Positions 54,972 through 63,969 of a DNA stretch of 64,000 nt are shown one piece after another. The position numbers and the translations under genes were made by a program. Position 1 is the first letter of the stretch. Each line of letters begins with the position of its first letter. Where the stretch lies: the NCBI GenBank assembly GCA_041664365.1, contig JBAYKW010000001.1:144862-208861 (forward strand), read 5' to 3'. Below the pieces are notes generated by a model that saw nothing but the letters and a program-made list of their open reading frames with translations, made no database searches and was not told the origin of the DNA. This DNA is from Patescibacteria group bacterium. GTDB lineage: Bacteria; Patescibacteriota; Patescibacteriia; UM-FILTER-42-10.

Positions 54972-55880
54972 ATGAAATTCAAACAGATAGTATTATTAGA
55001 CAAGGTGGGACTTTCTGATAACGCGGTTGAGAAACTTGCGAAATTTTCTGATAGCCCGATAAAGACATTTTCCTCTGATCCTGCGGATGAAGCGGAAGTG
55101 TGTAAAAGAATCTCGGATGCTGACTGCATCATGCTGACCTGGCGGACATCAATATCAAAAGAAGTGCTTGCAAAGTGTGAGAACCTGAAATTCATCTGCC
55201 TTTGCTCTACTAATTCCAATAATATTGATCTGAATGAATGTGCAAAAAGAGGTATCACAGTTTCCAACGTGCGCGATTATGGAGACGAGGGAGTTGTGGA
55301 GTGGATTATCATGCAGTTATTGCTCCTGTTCAGAGGAGTCGGAAAAAATCAATATAAAGGGTTTAGTTCAGAACTAAGCGGGAAAACAATCGGGATATTT
55401 GGTATGGGTGTTGTAGGAAAACTGCTTGCCAAGGCAGCAAAAGGTCTTGGTATAAATGTTTTGTATAACAGTAAAACCAGGAATTCTGATCTGGAAAAAC
55501 AGGGGATACAGTTTGTGGAGAAAAGCAGTCTGCTGGCGAAGAGTGATATCATTGGCCTGCATACACCGAAGAATGTAAAGATTTTGGACAAATCGGACTT
55601 CGATCTGATGCAAGGAAAAATTCTCGTTAATACAACCCTGGGAAAAGCATTTGATTCAAGCGATTTTATGAGATGGATTAAGCGTGAAAATAATTTTGCG
55701 ATATTTGATGGAGCGTCAGAATTTGGCGCGGAATTTGAGGGATTGGATAGAGTAATATATTCAGATGTAGTCTCTGGTTTAACAAATGAAGCAATAGAAA
55801 GATTGAGCCAAAAAACCTTAGATAATGTAGCCTCATATATTTCGGGTAATCCGATTAATGTAGTCACAGGTTTAAAATAA
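54972..55880 (+). CDS. D-isomer-specific 2-hydroxyacid dehydrogenase family protein
   Basis: GIFGMGVVGKLLAKAAKGLGINVLY (GxGxxG NAD-binding motif) plus downstream catalytic R/E/H positions. Confidence 0.8.
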   Translation: MKFKQIVLLDKVGLSDNAVEKLAKFSDSPIKTFSSDPADEAEVCKRISDADCIMLTWRTSISKEVLAKCENLKFICLCSTNSNNIDLNECAKRGITVSNVRDYGDEGVVEWIIMQLLLLFRGVGKNQYKGFSSELSGKTIGIFGMGVVGKLLAKAAKGLGINVLYNSKTRNSDLEKQGIQFVEKSSLLAKSDIIGLHTPKNVKILDKSDFDLMQGKILVNTTLGKAFDSSDFMRWIKRENNFAIFDGASEFGAEFEGLDRVIYSDVVSGLTNEAIERLSQKTLDNVASYISGNPINVVTGLK

Positions 55881-55892
55881 ATATAATAATTC

Positions 55893-55945
55893 ATGCTCAA
55901 AATCCGAAAAAATTTACCGAGAGATATTCCATGCCGGTTTTTTTA
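55893..55945 (+). pseudogene. decayed 5' fragment (~50 nt) of the GNAT acetyltransferase gene
   Basis: atgctcaaaatccgaaaaaatttaccgagagatattccatgccggttttt is ~85% identical to 56592-56641. It translates MLKIRKNLPRDIPCRFF*. Confidence 0.65.
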
Positions 55946-55958
55946 AACAAAAAAATAT

Positions 55959-56588
55959 ATGAATAAAAAAAGAATACTATGTTATGGCGATTCCAATACT
56001 TGGGGATGTGTCCCTGGAACCAGGTTTGAAAGATTTTCTGAGGAAATCAGATTTCCAAAGCGCCTCCAAAAACTATTAGGGACTGATTTTGAAATTATTG
56101 AAGAAGGACTATACAGCCGGACACTGGCATCTGAATATGATCGACCGAATAAAGAGGGTAGAAATGGGAGTACGTATTTTGTCCCATGCCTTTTATCTCA
56201 TGATCCGCTAGATTTGGTAATTATAATGCTTGGAACTACAGAATTAAAAGCAGAATTCAATAATTCGGTGGAAGAAATTGGTAGATATCTGGAGGACTAT
56301 TATATTAGAGTTATTTCGAAAATCAAATATCTGACTCGAGATGAATCTCCTGAATTATTAATTATATGTCCACCAATAATTAACGAGAGTCTTACGTCCA
56401 AAAGATATGCCGGTGGGGAGGAGAAATCGAAACAGTTAGCTGGGGTGTATTCAAAAATTTCCAATAGTAACAAATGTGCGTTTATTGACGCAAGTAAACT
56501 AATGGTTGGTTCTGACGGAGTTCATATGACGGAAGAAAGTCATAAGAAACTTGCGGAAATGATTGCATATGAAATAAATAAGAAGTAA
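55959..56588 (+). CDS. SGNH/GDSL-family hydrolase
   Basis: ILCYGDSNTWG (block I GDS), block III GTTE and block V DGVHMT. Confidence 0.75.
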   Translation: MNKKRILCYGDSNTWGCVPGTRFERFSEEIRFPKRLQKLLGTDFEIIEEGLYSRTLASEYDRPNKEGRNGSTYFVPCLLSHDPLDLVIIMLGTTELKAEFNNSVEEIGRYLEDYYIRVISKIKYLTRDESPELLIICPPIINESLTSKRYAGGEEKSKQLAGVYSKISNSNKCAFIDASKLMVGSDGVHMTEESHKKLAEMIAYEINKK

Positions 56589-56591
56589 TTT

Positions 56592-57101
56592 ATGCTCAAA
56601 ATCAGAAAACATTTACCGAAAGATATTCCGTACCGTGTTTTATGGTTGAATGACCATAAGGTAAACAAGTTTACTGGTGAGGAAGTTTGGGAAGAGACAA
56701 CACTGAGGAAACAAAAACAGTGGTTTGCCGAATATCAAAAGTCTGACGAAAAACGTTTTTTTACCATCTGTGACGGAACGAAGCCGGTTGGATTCATGGG
56801 ACTGTCTAAAATATCCAAGATAAATAAAAATGCGGATTTGTTTGTTGCCATCGGTGATGCTGATTACCGCGGAAAAGGCGTAGGAAGATTAGTAATGACC
56901 TGGATAATTGATTACGGTTTTAATAAGCTCAAACTGCATAAAATTTATTTGAACGTCTATGAGGATAATATTCCGGCAGTTAATTTATATAAATCTTTGG
57001 GCTTTGTCGTAGAGGGGAAGATAAAAGATGATGTTTTCTTTGGAGGGAAATTCCATAACACTTTGTACATGGCAAAATTTTATAAACGATCTAAAAAGTA
57101 A
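56592..57101 (+). CDS. GNAT-family N-acetyltransferase
   Basis: YRGKGVGRLVMTWIIDYGF...LKLHKIYLNVYEDNIPAVNLYKSLGF contains acetyl-CoA-binding motif A (R/QxxGxG/A). Confidence 0.75.
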   Translation: MLKIRKHLPKDIPYRVLWLNDHKVNKFTGEEVWEETTLRKQKQWFAEYQKSDEKRFFTICDGTKPVGFMGLSKISKINKNADLFVAIGDADYRGKGVGRLVMTWIIDYGFNKLKLHKIYLNVYEDNIPAVNLYKSLGFVVEGKIKDDVFFGGKFHNTLYMAKFYKRSKK

Positions 57102-57117
57102 TTTGAAATTTACCAAT

Positions 57118-57576
57118 ATGCGCCACAAAGCTTTTTCTTCCATCGTCAATATACTTACGCTTTGCATAATCATCGGAGCAGTAAGTTTTTATTCAATTGA
57201 TCATTCTGAATGGACCGGAATTATTCTTATTCTATTATCCGTTATCTGCGTAGTTTCATTGTTGCCGTTTAAAATAAAATTAAAATCATTGAAACCAGAT
57301 ATTATATTCGGTTTGATTGATAATGGCATTCTCGCCGTGATGGCGATATTCGGCGGACATTTTGCCGGGGTGGCTGGCGCGGTTATGGGTGGAGTGGTTG
57401 GCAATGCCATCACGGACGGTATCGCGGGCATCTTTGAGGGACGGTCGGCGGAAAAACTGCGCCAACAGCTGATACCGGAAGAGCGTACTATGCTGAAATC
57501 AGCAGTCGGCAAAATGGCCGGGTGTCTTTTGGGTGCCGGGATAATTTTATTAATTGCGGATTTATTTAACTTTTAA
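57118..57576 (+). CDS. membrane protein with glycine-zipper segment
   Basis: Two TM helices followed by GGHFAGVAGAVMGGVVGNAITDGIAGIFEG. Start placed at the ATG at 57118 (MRHKAFSS), after the GNAT stop. Confidence 0.35.
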   Translation: MRHKAFSSIVNILTLCIIIGAVSFYSIDHSEWTGIILILLSVICVVSLLPFKIKLKSLKPDIIFGLIDNGILAVMAIFGGHFAGVAGAVMGGVVGNAITDGIAGIFEGRSAEKLRQQLIPEERTMLKSAVGKMAGCLLGAGIILLIADLFNF

Positions 57577-57578
57577 AT

Positions 57579-57983
57579 ATGTCAGAAAAAAGAGTTTCAG
57601 CAGTGATTATCAGTGGAGATAAACAAATATTGTTAGTCCATAGGATAAAAAATGGCAGTGAATATTTTGTTTTGCCCGGCGGGAGTGTTGAGACGGAAGA
57701 AGATCATATATCTGCCCTGATCAGAGAAGTAAAAGAGGAAACAAATTTAGATGTGAAAATTGGAAAAGAACTTTGGCAGGTAAAAAGTGATGCTGATCGG
57801 AGAATTCAACATATATTCCTAGTTTCAAAATATGCTGGTAATCTGGAATTAGGCAGTCCGGAAAAAGAAAGGCAATCAGAAAGTAACAAATACTTTTTGG
57901 AGTGGCGTAAGATTGAAGATATTAGCAATATTGATTTTTATCCAGAAGAAATTAGATTAAACATTATTAAAGAATTCGCATGA
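57579..57983 (+). CDS. Nudix hydrolase
   Basis: Nudix box GGSVETEEDHISALIREVKEETNL. Confidence 0.7.
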   Translation: MSEKRVSAVIISGDKQILLVHRIKNGSEYFVLPGGSVETEEDHISALIREVKEETNLDVKIGKELWQVKSDADRRIQHIFLVSKYAGNLELGSPEKERQSESNKYFLEWRKIEDISNIDFYPEEIRLNIIKEFA

Positions 57984-58567
57984 GCACAGTAACAACCATT
58001 ATCGAAGGATATGTTCGCGATGAAGGCGAAGATGAATACGCCTCATCTTCAGTTACGCTGGTTCGTGATGGCAATATAAATATTCTCGTGGATGTCGGTA
58101 TGGACCGGGAGCGCCTGCTGGATGCGCTGAACAATGAAAATTTAAGACCGATTGATATTGACTTTGTTGTTTTGACTCATACCCATTTGGATCATTGTTT
58201 ACTCACTGGAATATTTGAGAACGCAAAAATTTTGGATGTCTCAAGCATCTATTCTTTTGACGGTAAAATTACCGAACATAAAGGTAAAATTCCCGGAACA
58301 GAAATAGAAATAATTCCTACACCCGGTCACGACCATCACCACTCGGCAGTACTCGTTAAAACTGAGGAATTCGGCATGGTAGCAATCGTCGCGGATCTCT
58401 TCTGGTGGGAAGACGGCCAGGAGCAGAAAACTGATCGCATGAGTTTACTCAATCTGAAAGATCCGTATCTGAATGACGGTGTTATTTTGAGAATGAGCCG
58501 TGAAAAAGTTCTAAAAATGGCTGACTATATCATTCCTGGTCACGGCAAACCATTTAAGCTACAATAG
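57980..58567 (+). CDS. MBL-fold metallo-hydrolase
   Basis: VLTHTHLDH (HxHxDH), downstream PTPGHDHHH and final PGHG. Confidence 0.75.
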   Translation: MSTVTTIIEGYVRDEGEDEYASSSVTLVRDGNINILVDVGMDRERLLDALNNENLRPIDIDFVVLTHTHLDHCLLTGIFENAKILDVSSIYSFDGKITEHKGKIPGTEIEIIPTPGHDHHHSAVLVKTEEFGMVAIVADLFWWEDGQEQKTDRMSLLNLKDPYLNDGVILRMSREKVLKMADYIIPGHGKPFKLQ

Positions 58568-58598
58568 ACTTGAATAGGGTAATTAAACTTCATAAAAA

Positions 58599-58916
58599 AT
58601 GTCAATTGAAGGCGAGCAAAACGTAGATCGGGACCGAAAACCGCAAGCATTTATCCGCTTCGGTCTGCCGGGCCATGAGACGGAATATGTGTTCAAAACA
58701 CAGGCGAATAAGTACAGCGAAGCTGAAACGATGTCGGACGAATGGGAATACGCAATTACGCAACAACTGGGCGCGGAATGGGCTGTGATGAATCGCGGTG
58801 AAAGAATAGAAATAATCCCTCCGCGTAGTCAGCGGACTCCAGAAACGGATCAAAAAGTTAATCAAGTGATAATGTCTGTAATTGGGGATGGTTACGAATT
58901 TCCTGAGGAAGAATAA
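58599..58916 (+). CDS. hypothetical acidic protein
   Basis: 105-aa ORF with no recognised motif. Confidence 0.3.
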   Translation: MSIEGEQNVDRDRKPQAFIRFGLPGHETEYVFKTQANKYSEAETMSDEWEYAITQQLGAEWAVMNRGERIEIIPPRSQRTPETDQKVNQVIMSVIGDGYEFPEEE

Positions 58917-58920
58917 TAGT

Positions 58921-59568
58921 ATGAAACCAAAAAAACAAAATGAACCGCTCAGCGCACTAACCCATTTGATTGGGGCGATTTTATCTGTTGTTGCCTTGGT
59001 TCTGATGGTTGTATTTGCGTCAATGAAGGGAACGGCAGTACATGTCATTGGTGTTTCTATTTTCGGCGCCAGTTTAATAATTCTTTATACAACCAGCACG
59101 TTGTATCATTTTTTTCCGCAGGAAACGAAAGTTAAAACTGTTTTCCAGCGTTTGGATCATGCCATGATCTATTTTTTAATTGCCGGCTCATATACGCCAA
59201 TTACTTTACTGATGCCCCAGAGAGTATGGGGCTGGAGTATTTTCGGTGTTGTCTGGGCTATTGCAATCGCTGGAATAATTATGAAAAGTCTCGGCATCAA
59301 AATGACCGGCTGGCTTTCCGTGGTTATGTATATCGGAATGGGCTGGATGCTCCTGATTGCAATTCGCCCACTGGCTGAGTGGCTTTCTCCCGGTGCTTTG
59401 ACGTGGCTGTTTGTTGGTGGAGTGATGTACACTGCTGGATGCCTTTTTTACGCGCTGGACAAATACGTTCCGCGTACCAGATGGTTCGGGATGCACGAAA
59501 TATTCCATCTCTTTGTAATCGCCGGAAGCTTCAGTCATTTTTGGATGATGATTAAATACGTTGTATAA
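58921..59568 (+). CDS. hemolysin III / PAQR-family channel protein
   Basis: 7-TM protein. YHFFP, HAMIYFLIAGSYTP and HLFVIAGSFSHFW are hlyIII motifs. Start at the Met after the upstream stop. Confidence 0.75.
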   Translation: MKPKKQNEPLSALTHLIGAILSVVALVLMVVFASMKGTAVHVIGVSIFGASLIILYTTSTLYHFFPQETKVKTVFQRLDHAMIYFLIAGSYTPITLLMPQRVWGWSIFGVVWAIAIAGIIMKSLGIKMTGWLSVVMYIGMGWMLLIAIRPLAEWLSPGALTWLFVGGVMYTAGCLFYALDKYVPRTRWFGMHEIFHLFVIAGSFSHFWMMIKYVV

Positions 59569-59608
59569 TTTTAATACTTTTTGATTAGAAATCAGTTTGA
59601 AAAAAAAT

Positions 59609-60040
59609 ATGGATAATGTTTGGATAATTTACGCGTTGCTTTCGGCTTTTGGCGCGGCGCTTGTAGCCATTTTCGGAAAAATTGGTTTGCAGGGGATTGA
59701 TACAAATGTCGCGACCGCGATCAGGGCAGTAGTCATGGCACTTTTTTTGATTGGTATAATCTTTATTCAAGGCAAGCTGGTTGATATCAAACCGGTTCTG
59801 ACGAATCACAAAGCACTGCTTTTTATTGTTTTGAGCGGAGTGGCCGGAGCGGTGTCGTGGCTTTTCTATTTCATTGCGCTGAAAAACGCCAAGGTGTCGC
59901 AGATTGTACCGATTGACCGCCTGAGCGTAGTATTTGCTCTGCTACTGGCATTTATTATCTTGGGTGAAAAGATATCACTACAGGCGTGGATTGGCGCGGT
60001 ACTGGCGGTGATTGGTGGCATACTGATTGCGCTGGGATAA
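59609..60040 (+). CDS. small EamA/DMT-family transporter (single EamA domain, 4 TM)
   Basis: Four TM helices with an EamA-like pattern ...LSAFGAALVAIFGKIGLQGID...ATAIRAVVMALFL. The ORF-track start is a TTG, so the first ATG is used. Confidence 0.5.
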   Translation: MDNVWIIYALLSAFGAALVAIFGKIGLQGIDTNVATAIRAVVMALFLIGIIFIQGKLVDIKPVLTNHKALLFIVLSGVAGAVSWLFYFIALKNAKVSQIVPIDRLSVVFALLLAFIILGEKISLQAWIGAVLAVIGGILIALG

Positions 60041-60060
60041 AAGATTAATTTAATAAATAT

Positions 60061-60678
60061 ATGCTGAATATTTACGTAGCACGGCACGGGCAGGATGAGG
60101 ATAACCGGAGGGGAATCCTGAACGGCAGGAGAAACATGGGTCTGACCAGTCTGGGGATTGAGGAAGCAATATCGGTCGGGAAGAGGATCGCAGAGCACCA
60201 AATAAACTTTGATCAGATTTATTCCTCTCCCTTAAAAAGGGCCATGCATACGGCAGAACTGATTGCTTCTGAAGCCGGCGGTCCCCAGCCGCAAATTATC
60301 GAAGACCTAATTGAGCGGGATTTCGGCGTTATGACCGGGCTTCCGCATTCCAGCATTATCCCGATGTGCTCGCCGGATGTAATTATTTCGGAACATGTGG
60401 ACTACTTTCTTAATCCGGAAAACGGCGAAACATTTCCACAACTGATTGAAAGAGGGAAAAGGGTAATCAATGATCTACACATAGCCCACCCGGAAGGAAA
60501 TATACTGTTGGTTACTCATGGCGACACAGGTATGATGATGTATAATGAATTTTACAAACTGGAATGGATGAAAACTTTGAAAGATTTCTATTTTCATAAC
60601 GCGGAACTCATTTTGCTTTCCAAAGATACATCGCCTGAAAATCCGCATGTATTTAGAATTAATGATTACAAAAAGTAA
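60061..60678 (+). CDS. histidine phosphatase family protein (phosphoglycerate-mutase-like)
   Basis: IYVARHGQDEDNRRGILNG is the RHG catalytic motif. LLVTHGDT downstream. Confidence 0.75.
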   Translation: MLNIYVARHGQDEDNRRGILNGRRNMGLTSLGIEEAISVGKRIAEHQINFDQIYSSPLKRAMHTAELIASEAGGPQPQIIEDLIERDFGVMTGLPHSSIIPMCSPDVIISEHVDYFLNPENGETFPQLIERGKRVINDLHIAHPEGNILLVTHGDTGMMMYNEFYKLEWMKTLKDFYFHNAELILLSKDTSPENPHVFRINDYKK

Positions 60679-60681
60679 CCA

Positions 60682-61479
60682 ATGAAGATTATCAGCTTAA
60701 ATGTCGGGATTAAGATTGACAACTCAAAACAAGTTGGTGAGTTTATTCAATCACAGAATCCGGATATAGTTGCATTTCAGGAAATTATCCGAAATTTGGA
60801 TGAATCAGTTTATGATATTTACCGCTCAAAAGAACATATCGAGAAAATAATCGGTAAAGAACTGCCGTATTCTTTTTTCGGTCCGCTTTTTGTTGCTAGA
60901 GATTTTACGAAGGATGGAAAGATTCATAGAGATTTTGGCGGTTACATAGAACAGGGGAATGAGGTTATCTCAAAATTTCCGATTAATGAAGCAACAAACG
61001 AATTTTATTATAAAGCGTATTCATACGATAAAGACCGCACGAACTTTGCAACAGAGGATAATTCAAGGGCACTACAGGTTGTTGATTTGGATATCGCTGG
61101 TCAAAAATTGATTATTATCAATGTGCACGGAACATACTCAAAAGATAAGCAGGATAGCGAAAGATCACTCGCGCAGTCAAAATATGTAATTAAAGTAGCG
61201 TTAAGGAAAAAATTGCCAACTATAATAGTCGGTGATTTTAACCTGTTTCCGGAGACAAACAGTATTAAAATTATCAACAGAAAATTCAGAAATTTAGTTG
61301 TTGAAAATAAAATAAAAACAACCAGGCCTAAATTTGATGATGGTTTAGATAAAGGAGAAAATGTCGTGGATTATATTTTTGTTAATGATCAGATCAAAGT
61401 TAATAAGTTTGAGCTTATTGATACCAATATTTCAGACCATCTTCCAATAATACTGGATTTCGATATTATAAAAAAATAA
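60682..61479 (+). CDS. endonuclease/exonuclease/phosphatase (EEP) family protein
   Basis: N-terminal IISLNVG...IVAFQEI and C-terminal SDHLPI are EEP catalytic motifs. Confidence 0.75.
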   Translation: MKIISLNVGIKIDNSKQVGEFIQSQNPDIVAFQEIIRNLDESVYDIYRSKEHIEKIIGKELPYSFFGPLFVARDFTKDGKIHRDFGGYIEQGNEVISKFPINEATNEFYYKAYSYDKDRTNFATEDNSRALQVVDLDIAGQKLIIINVHGTYSKDKQDSERSLAQSKYVIKVALRKKLPTIIVGDFNLFPETNSIKIINRKFRNLVVENKIKTTRPKFDDGLDKGENVVDYIFVNDQIKVNKFELIDTNISDHLPIILDFDIIKK

Positions 61480-61493
61480 TTTGTAAATATATT

Positions 61494-61901
61494 ATGTGGA
61501 CATGTCCAAAATGCAAAAGGGTGTTTCAGCGCGCCGGGCAACAGCACTCATGTGCGACAAAACCACTGAGTGAACACTTTAAGAACAAGCAGGAGGCTTT
61601 TAGTTTATATAAAAATCTTTTGAAAGTAATTGAAAACAAAGTTGGCAAGTTCAAAGTAATATCAATTCCTTGCTGTATCCATTTGTTCGGCAAGTATGAC
61701 TTTTTAGCAATATTGCCAAAAAAAGATGGTGTAATTGAAATACGGATTGCACTGAATCATGCAATTAAAGACAAAAGCATTGTTAACTGTGTTCCACTTT
61801 CCTCGACATGCTATAAGAATTGCATGAATATTAAATCGTCTGCAGATATTAATTCAAAACTGATCGGATGGTTGAAGGAGTCGTATGATTTGCAACGGTA
61901 A
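61494..61901 (+). CDS. hypothetical protein with N-terminal zinc-ribbon (CPKC...HSC)
   Basis: MWTCPKCKRVFQRAGQQHSC, then a ~110-aa domain with no recognised motif. Confidence 0.3.
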   Translation: MWTCPKCKRVFQRAGQQHSCATKPLSEHFKNKQEAFSLYKNLLKVIENKVGKFKVISIPCCIHLFGKYDFLAILPKKDGVIEIRIALNHAIKDKSIVNCVPLSSTCYKNCMNIKSSADINSKLIGWLKESYDLQR

Positions 61902-61904
61902 AAT

Positions 61905-61975
61905 ATTTTGATCAAATAAAAAAACCGCATTCAGCAAAGATTGCTGGTGCGGTGTGGGGAATGAACGGCGTTCAG
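61905..61975. terminator. bidirectional terminator-like hairpin between convergent genes
   Basis: AAAAAACCGC...GCGGTTTTTTT with internal complementarity. Marks the boundary into the high-GC segment. Confidence 0.45.
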
Positions 61976-63969
61976 CGCGGTTTTTTTGCATGCAGCAGAT
62001 CTTTGAGAAATGCTGAAAACAGCGCTAGGTCAGCATGAGCGAAACGGATTGTTCTGGCGCTGAAAAGTAGCCAGATCCTTCCGTGGGCAACTCTGTGTTT
62101 CAAAATCCGCCAATGCTCCTCAATGTCCACCCGTGTGTTTCTGGCTGAAGTACGCATGTTGGCCAGTCGTAAACCACTTGGTACCTTATGACCATGTGAT
62201 TTATACAAACTCCTTAGCTCAGAGAGTTTGAGGTTCGGCCAATGGCCCGCATGCTTCTTTTCAACCAGCTGGATGACCTCTTCCTCGATCTTGCCCTGTT
62301 CACGGGTTTGTAGCCACACTTCCAGCATGATCCGCAGGAACCGGGCTGTCTCCCGGGCTAGGCGGATGTTTTCACGCGTGTTGTAGACCCAAAACTGGAA
62401 CAGATTGAGCTGAGGAAAACTGCTCCTCCTCGAATGCCGGGATCGCACCCGGGCAAAACCCGCCACCATCGGATGGCGTTTCGGCACCATCAGCGCGTAT
62501 TTGTACCAGACGAGGTTCCAGAAGATCTTCCAGTAATCCTGCCTTTCCGTATGTTTGAGGATACGTACCATGTTCTCGGTGGAATAGAACGTCTCCCACG
62601 CAGACCGGTAGGCGGATAGCCACTCCTCCCGGGTCATCAGCGGGTGATCTATGACCGGATGTGAGAATGAGTCGAAGGAGTTCAGGTCCGAATCCATCGG
62701 TACACCGGCTAGGAACAGCCGTTTGTGATCCATTGCTCCCGGCAGTGGTGTGGCAATGAAAAACGACACGGTATCCGGTTCCAGCTCCATCAGCTGAAGA
62801 ACGTCCTTATGCACTGATTCCGGCGTGTCGTGCGGCAGGCCGATCATGAAGGCAAGGTGGGTCGCGATGCCGTGCTTTTTGAAGGCAGACATCATTTCCC
62901 GGAACTGCTCCACGTGGTTTTGGCCTTTGCCGACCGCAGACAAGTTCAAAGGGTTCAGACTTTCGATCCCGATGAACGCCATCGAACAGCCGGCCAGCGC
63001 CGCTTTTTCTAGGAATTGCGGAATCTTGTGGCACTGGGTATCCACCTGCATCAGGAAGTGAATATGGATTCTTTCTTCTTTCTGCATGGCGATCAGCGTG
63101 TCGAAGCGCTCTTCCCAAAAAGGATCTCGGGCTGTGTTGTCAGAAGTCAGGAAGTAGACCCGAATGCCCAATCTCCAGTTGGCTCGGATCGCGTCCGCGA
63201 AACCCTGAACGCCTCGCGCCCTAATCACCCTGCCTTGGACTACCCAGATCGTGCAGTACTGGCAGTTGAATGGGCATCCACGGCACGCGTCGATGGTGCT
63301 GGTGTTCGGATAGACGAATCGGTGCTTAATCTCCGCAATGGACATTGGAACCGGTTCCTCCAGAAGGCTCGGCGGATCGTCGACGTAGTTGTATGTCGGC
63401 TTGAGACCGCCGGACAGAAAGTCCTGCAGCAATCCCAGCATCCTGCCTTCTGCTTCACCGGCAAACAGCGCCACGCCATTGTCGGTCAGAGCTTTCAGAC
63501 CCAGTTCCTTGTAGGCTCTCATGTTATCCGCGCTCCCGTCCTGCGGAAACTGCTTCAGGATTCCGGACACATGGTATCCGCCCATGATCACGGAAATTCC
63601 CCGTTTCCTGAACTCGAGCGCAAGATCGGAAGCTCGTACGAACTGGCTGGTTTGAACACCGGCCAGCATTACCAGAGTACGTCCGGGAAGGGTACGGCAG
63701 AGAAAAGCTATCCTGCTCGGCAGAACAGCCTCCACCGCCTCGTCGTAGATTCTGACGACGATGTGCACCTTGATTCCCAGTCGCAGATTTTGCCTCACAT
63801 CCTGAATCAGGCTGTAAAGCGTCGCCAGCGTATTGCTGGGATACACGCCCCGGAAGTCCTGCCAGACAAAGCCGTTCTCATCGTCGTATTTTGACGGTTT
63901 GATCAGCACCAAGTTGAGGACTTTCTTTCCCGAAAGCACAGCCCAGAAAGACGTTGTTTGTCTCGCCAA
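61972..63969 (-). CDS. B12-binding-domain radical SAM protein (cobalamin-dependent rSAM with DUF4070-like C-terminus), in a high-GC segment
   Basis: N-terminal Rossmann-like B12-binding region, then CRGCPFNCQYC (the CxxxCxxC radical SAM cluster motif) and a ~250-aa C-terminal domain. GC is ~58%. Confidence 0.75.
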   Translation of the reverse strand: MARQTTSFWAVLSGKKVLNLVLIKPSKYDDENGFVWQDFRGVYPSNTLATLYSLIQDVRQNLRLGIKVHIVVRIYDEAVEAVLPSRIAFLCRTLPGRTLVMLAGVQTSQFVRASDLALEFRKRGISVIMGGYHVSGILKQFPQDGSADNMRAYKELGLKALTDNGVALFAGEAEGRMLGLLQDFLSGGLKPTYNYVDDPPSLLEEPVPMSIAEIKHRFVYPNTSTIDACRGCPFNCQYCTIWVVQGRVIRARGVQGFADAIRANWRLGIRVYFLTSDNTARDPFWEERFDTLIAMQKEERIHIHFLMQVDTQCHKIPQFLEKAALAGCSMAFIGIESLNPLNLSAVGKGQNHVEQFREMMSAFKKHGIATHLAFMIGLPHDTPESVHKDVLQLMELEPDTVSFFIATPLPGAMDHKRLFLAGVPMDSDLNSFDSFSHPVIDHPLMTREEWLSAYRSAWETFYSTENMVRILKHTERQDYWKIFWNLVWYKYALMVPKRHPMVAGFARVRSRHSRRSSFPQLNLFQFWVYNTRENIRLARETARFLRIMLEVWLQTREQGKIEEEVIQLVEKKHAGHWPNLKLSELRSLYKSHGHKVPSGLRLANMRTSARNTRVDIEEHWRILKHRVAHGRIWLLFSARTIRFAHADLALFSAFLKDLLHAKKPR

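Noticed and set aside
62372-63894. Overlapping ORFs inside the radical SAM gene (62372-62623, 62434-62619, 62807-63118, 62825-63061, 62830-63012, 63016-63894, 63240-63479)
   Set aside because: They are alternative frames of a ~58% GC gene. The 665-aa minus-strand ORF carries the CxxxCxxC cluster motif and B12-binding region and accounts for the whole span.
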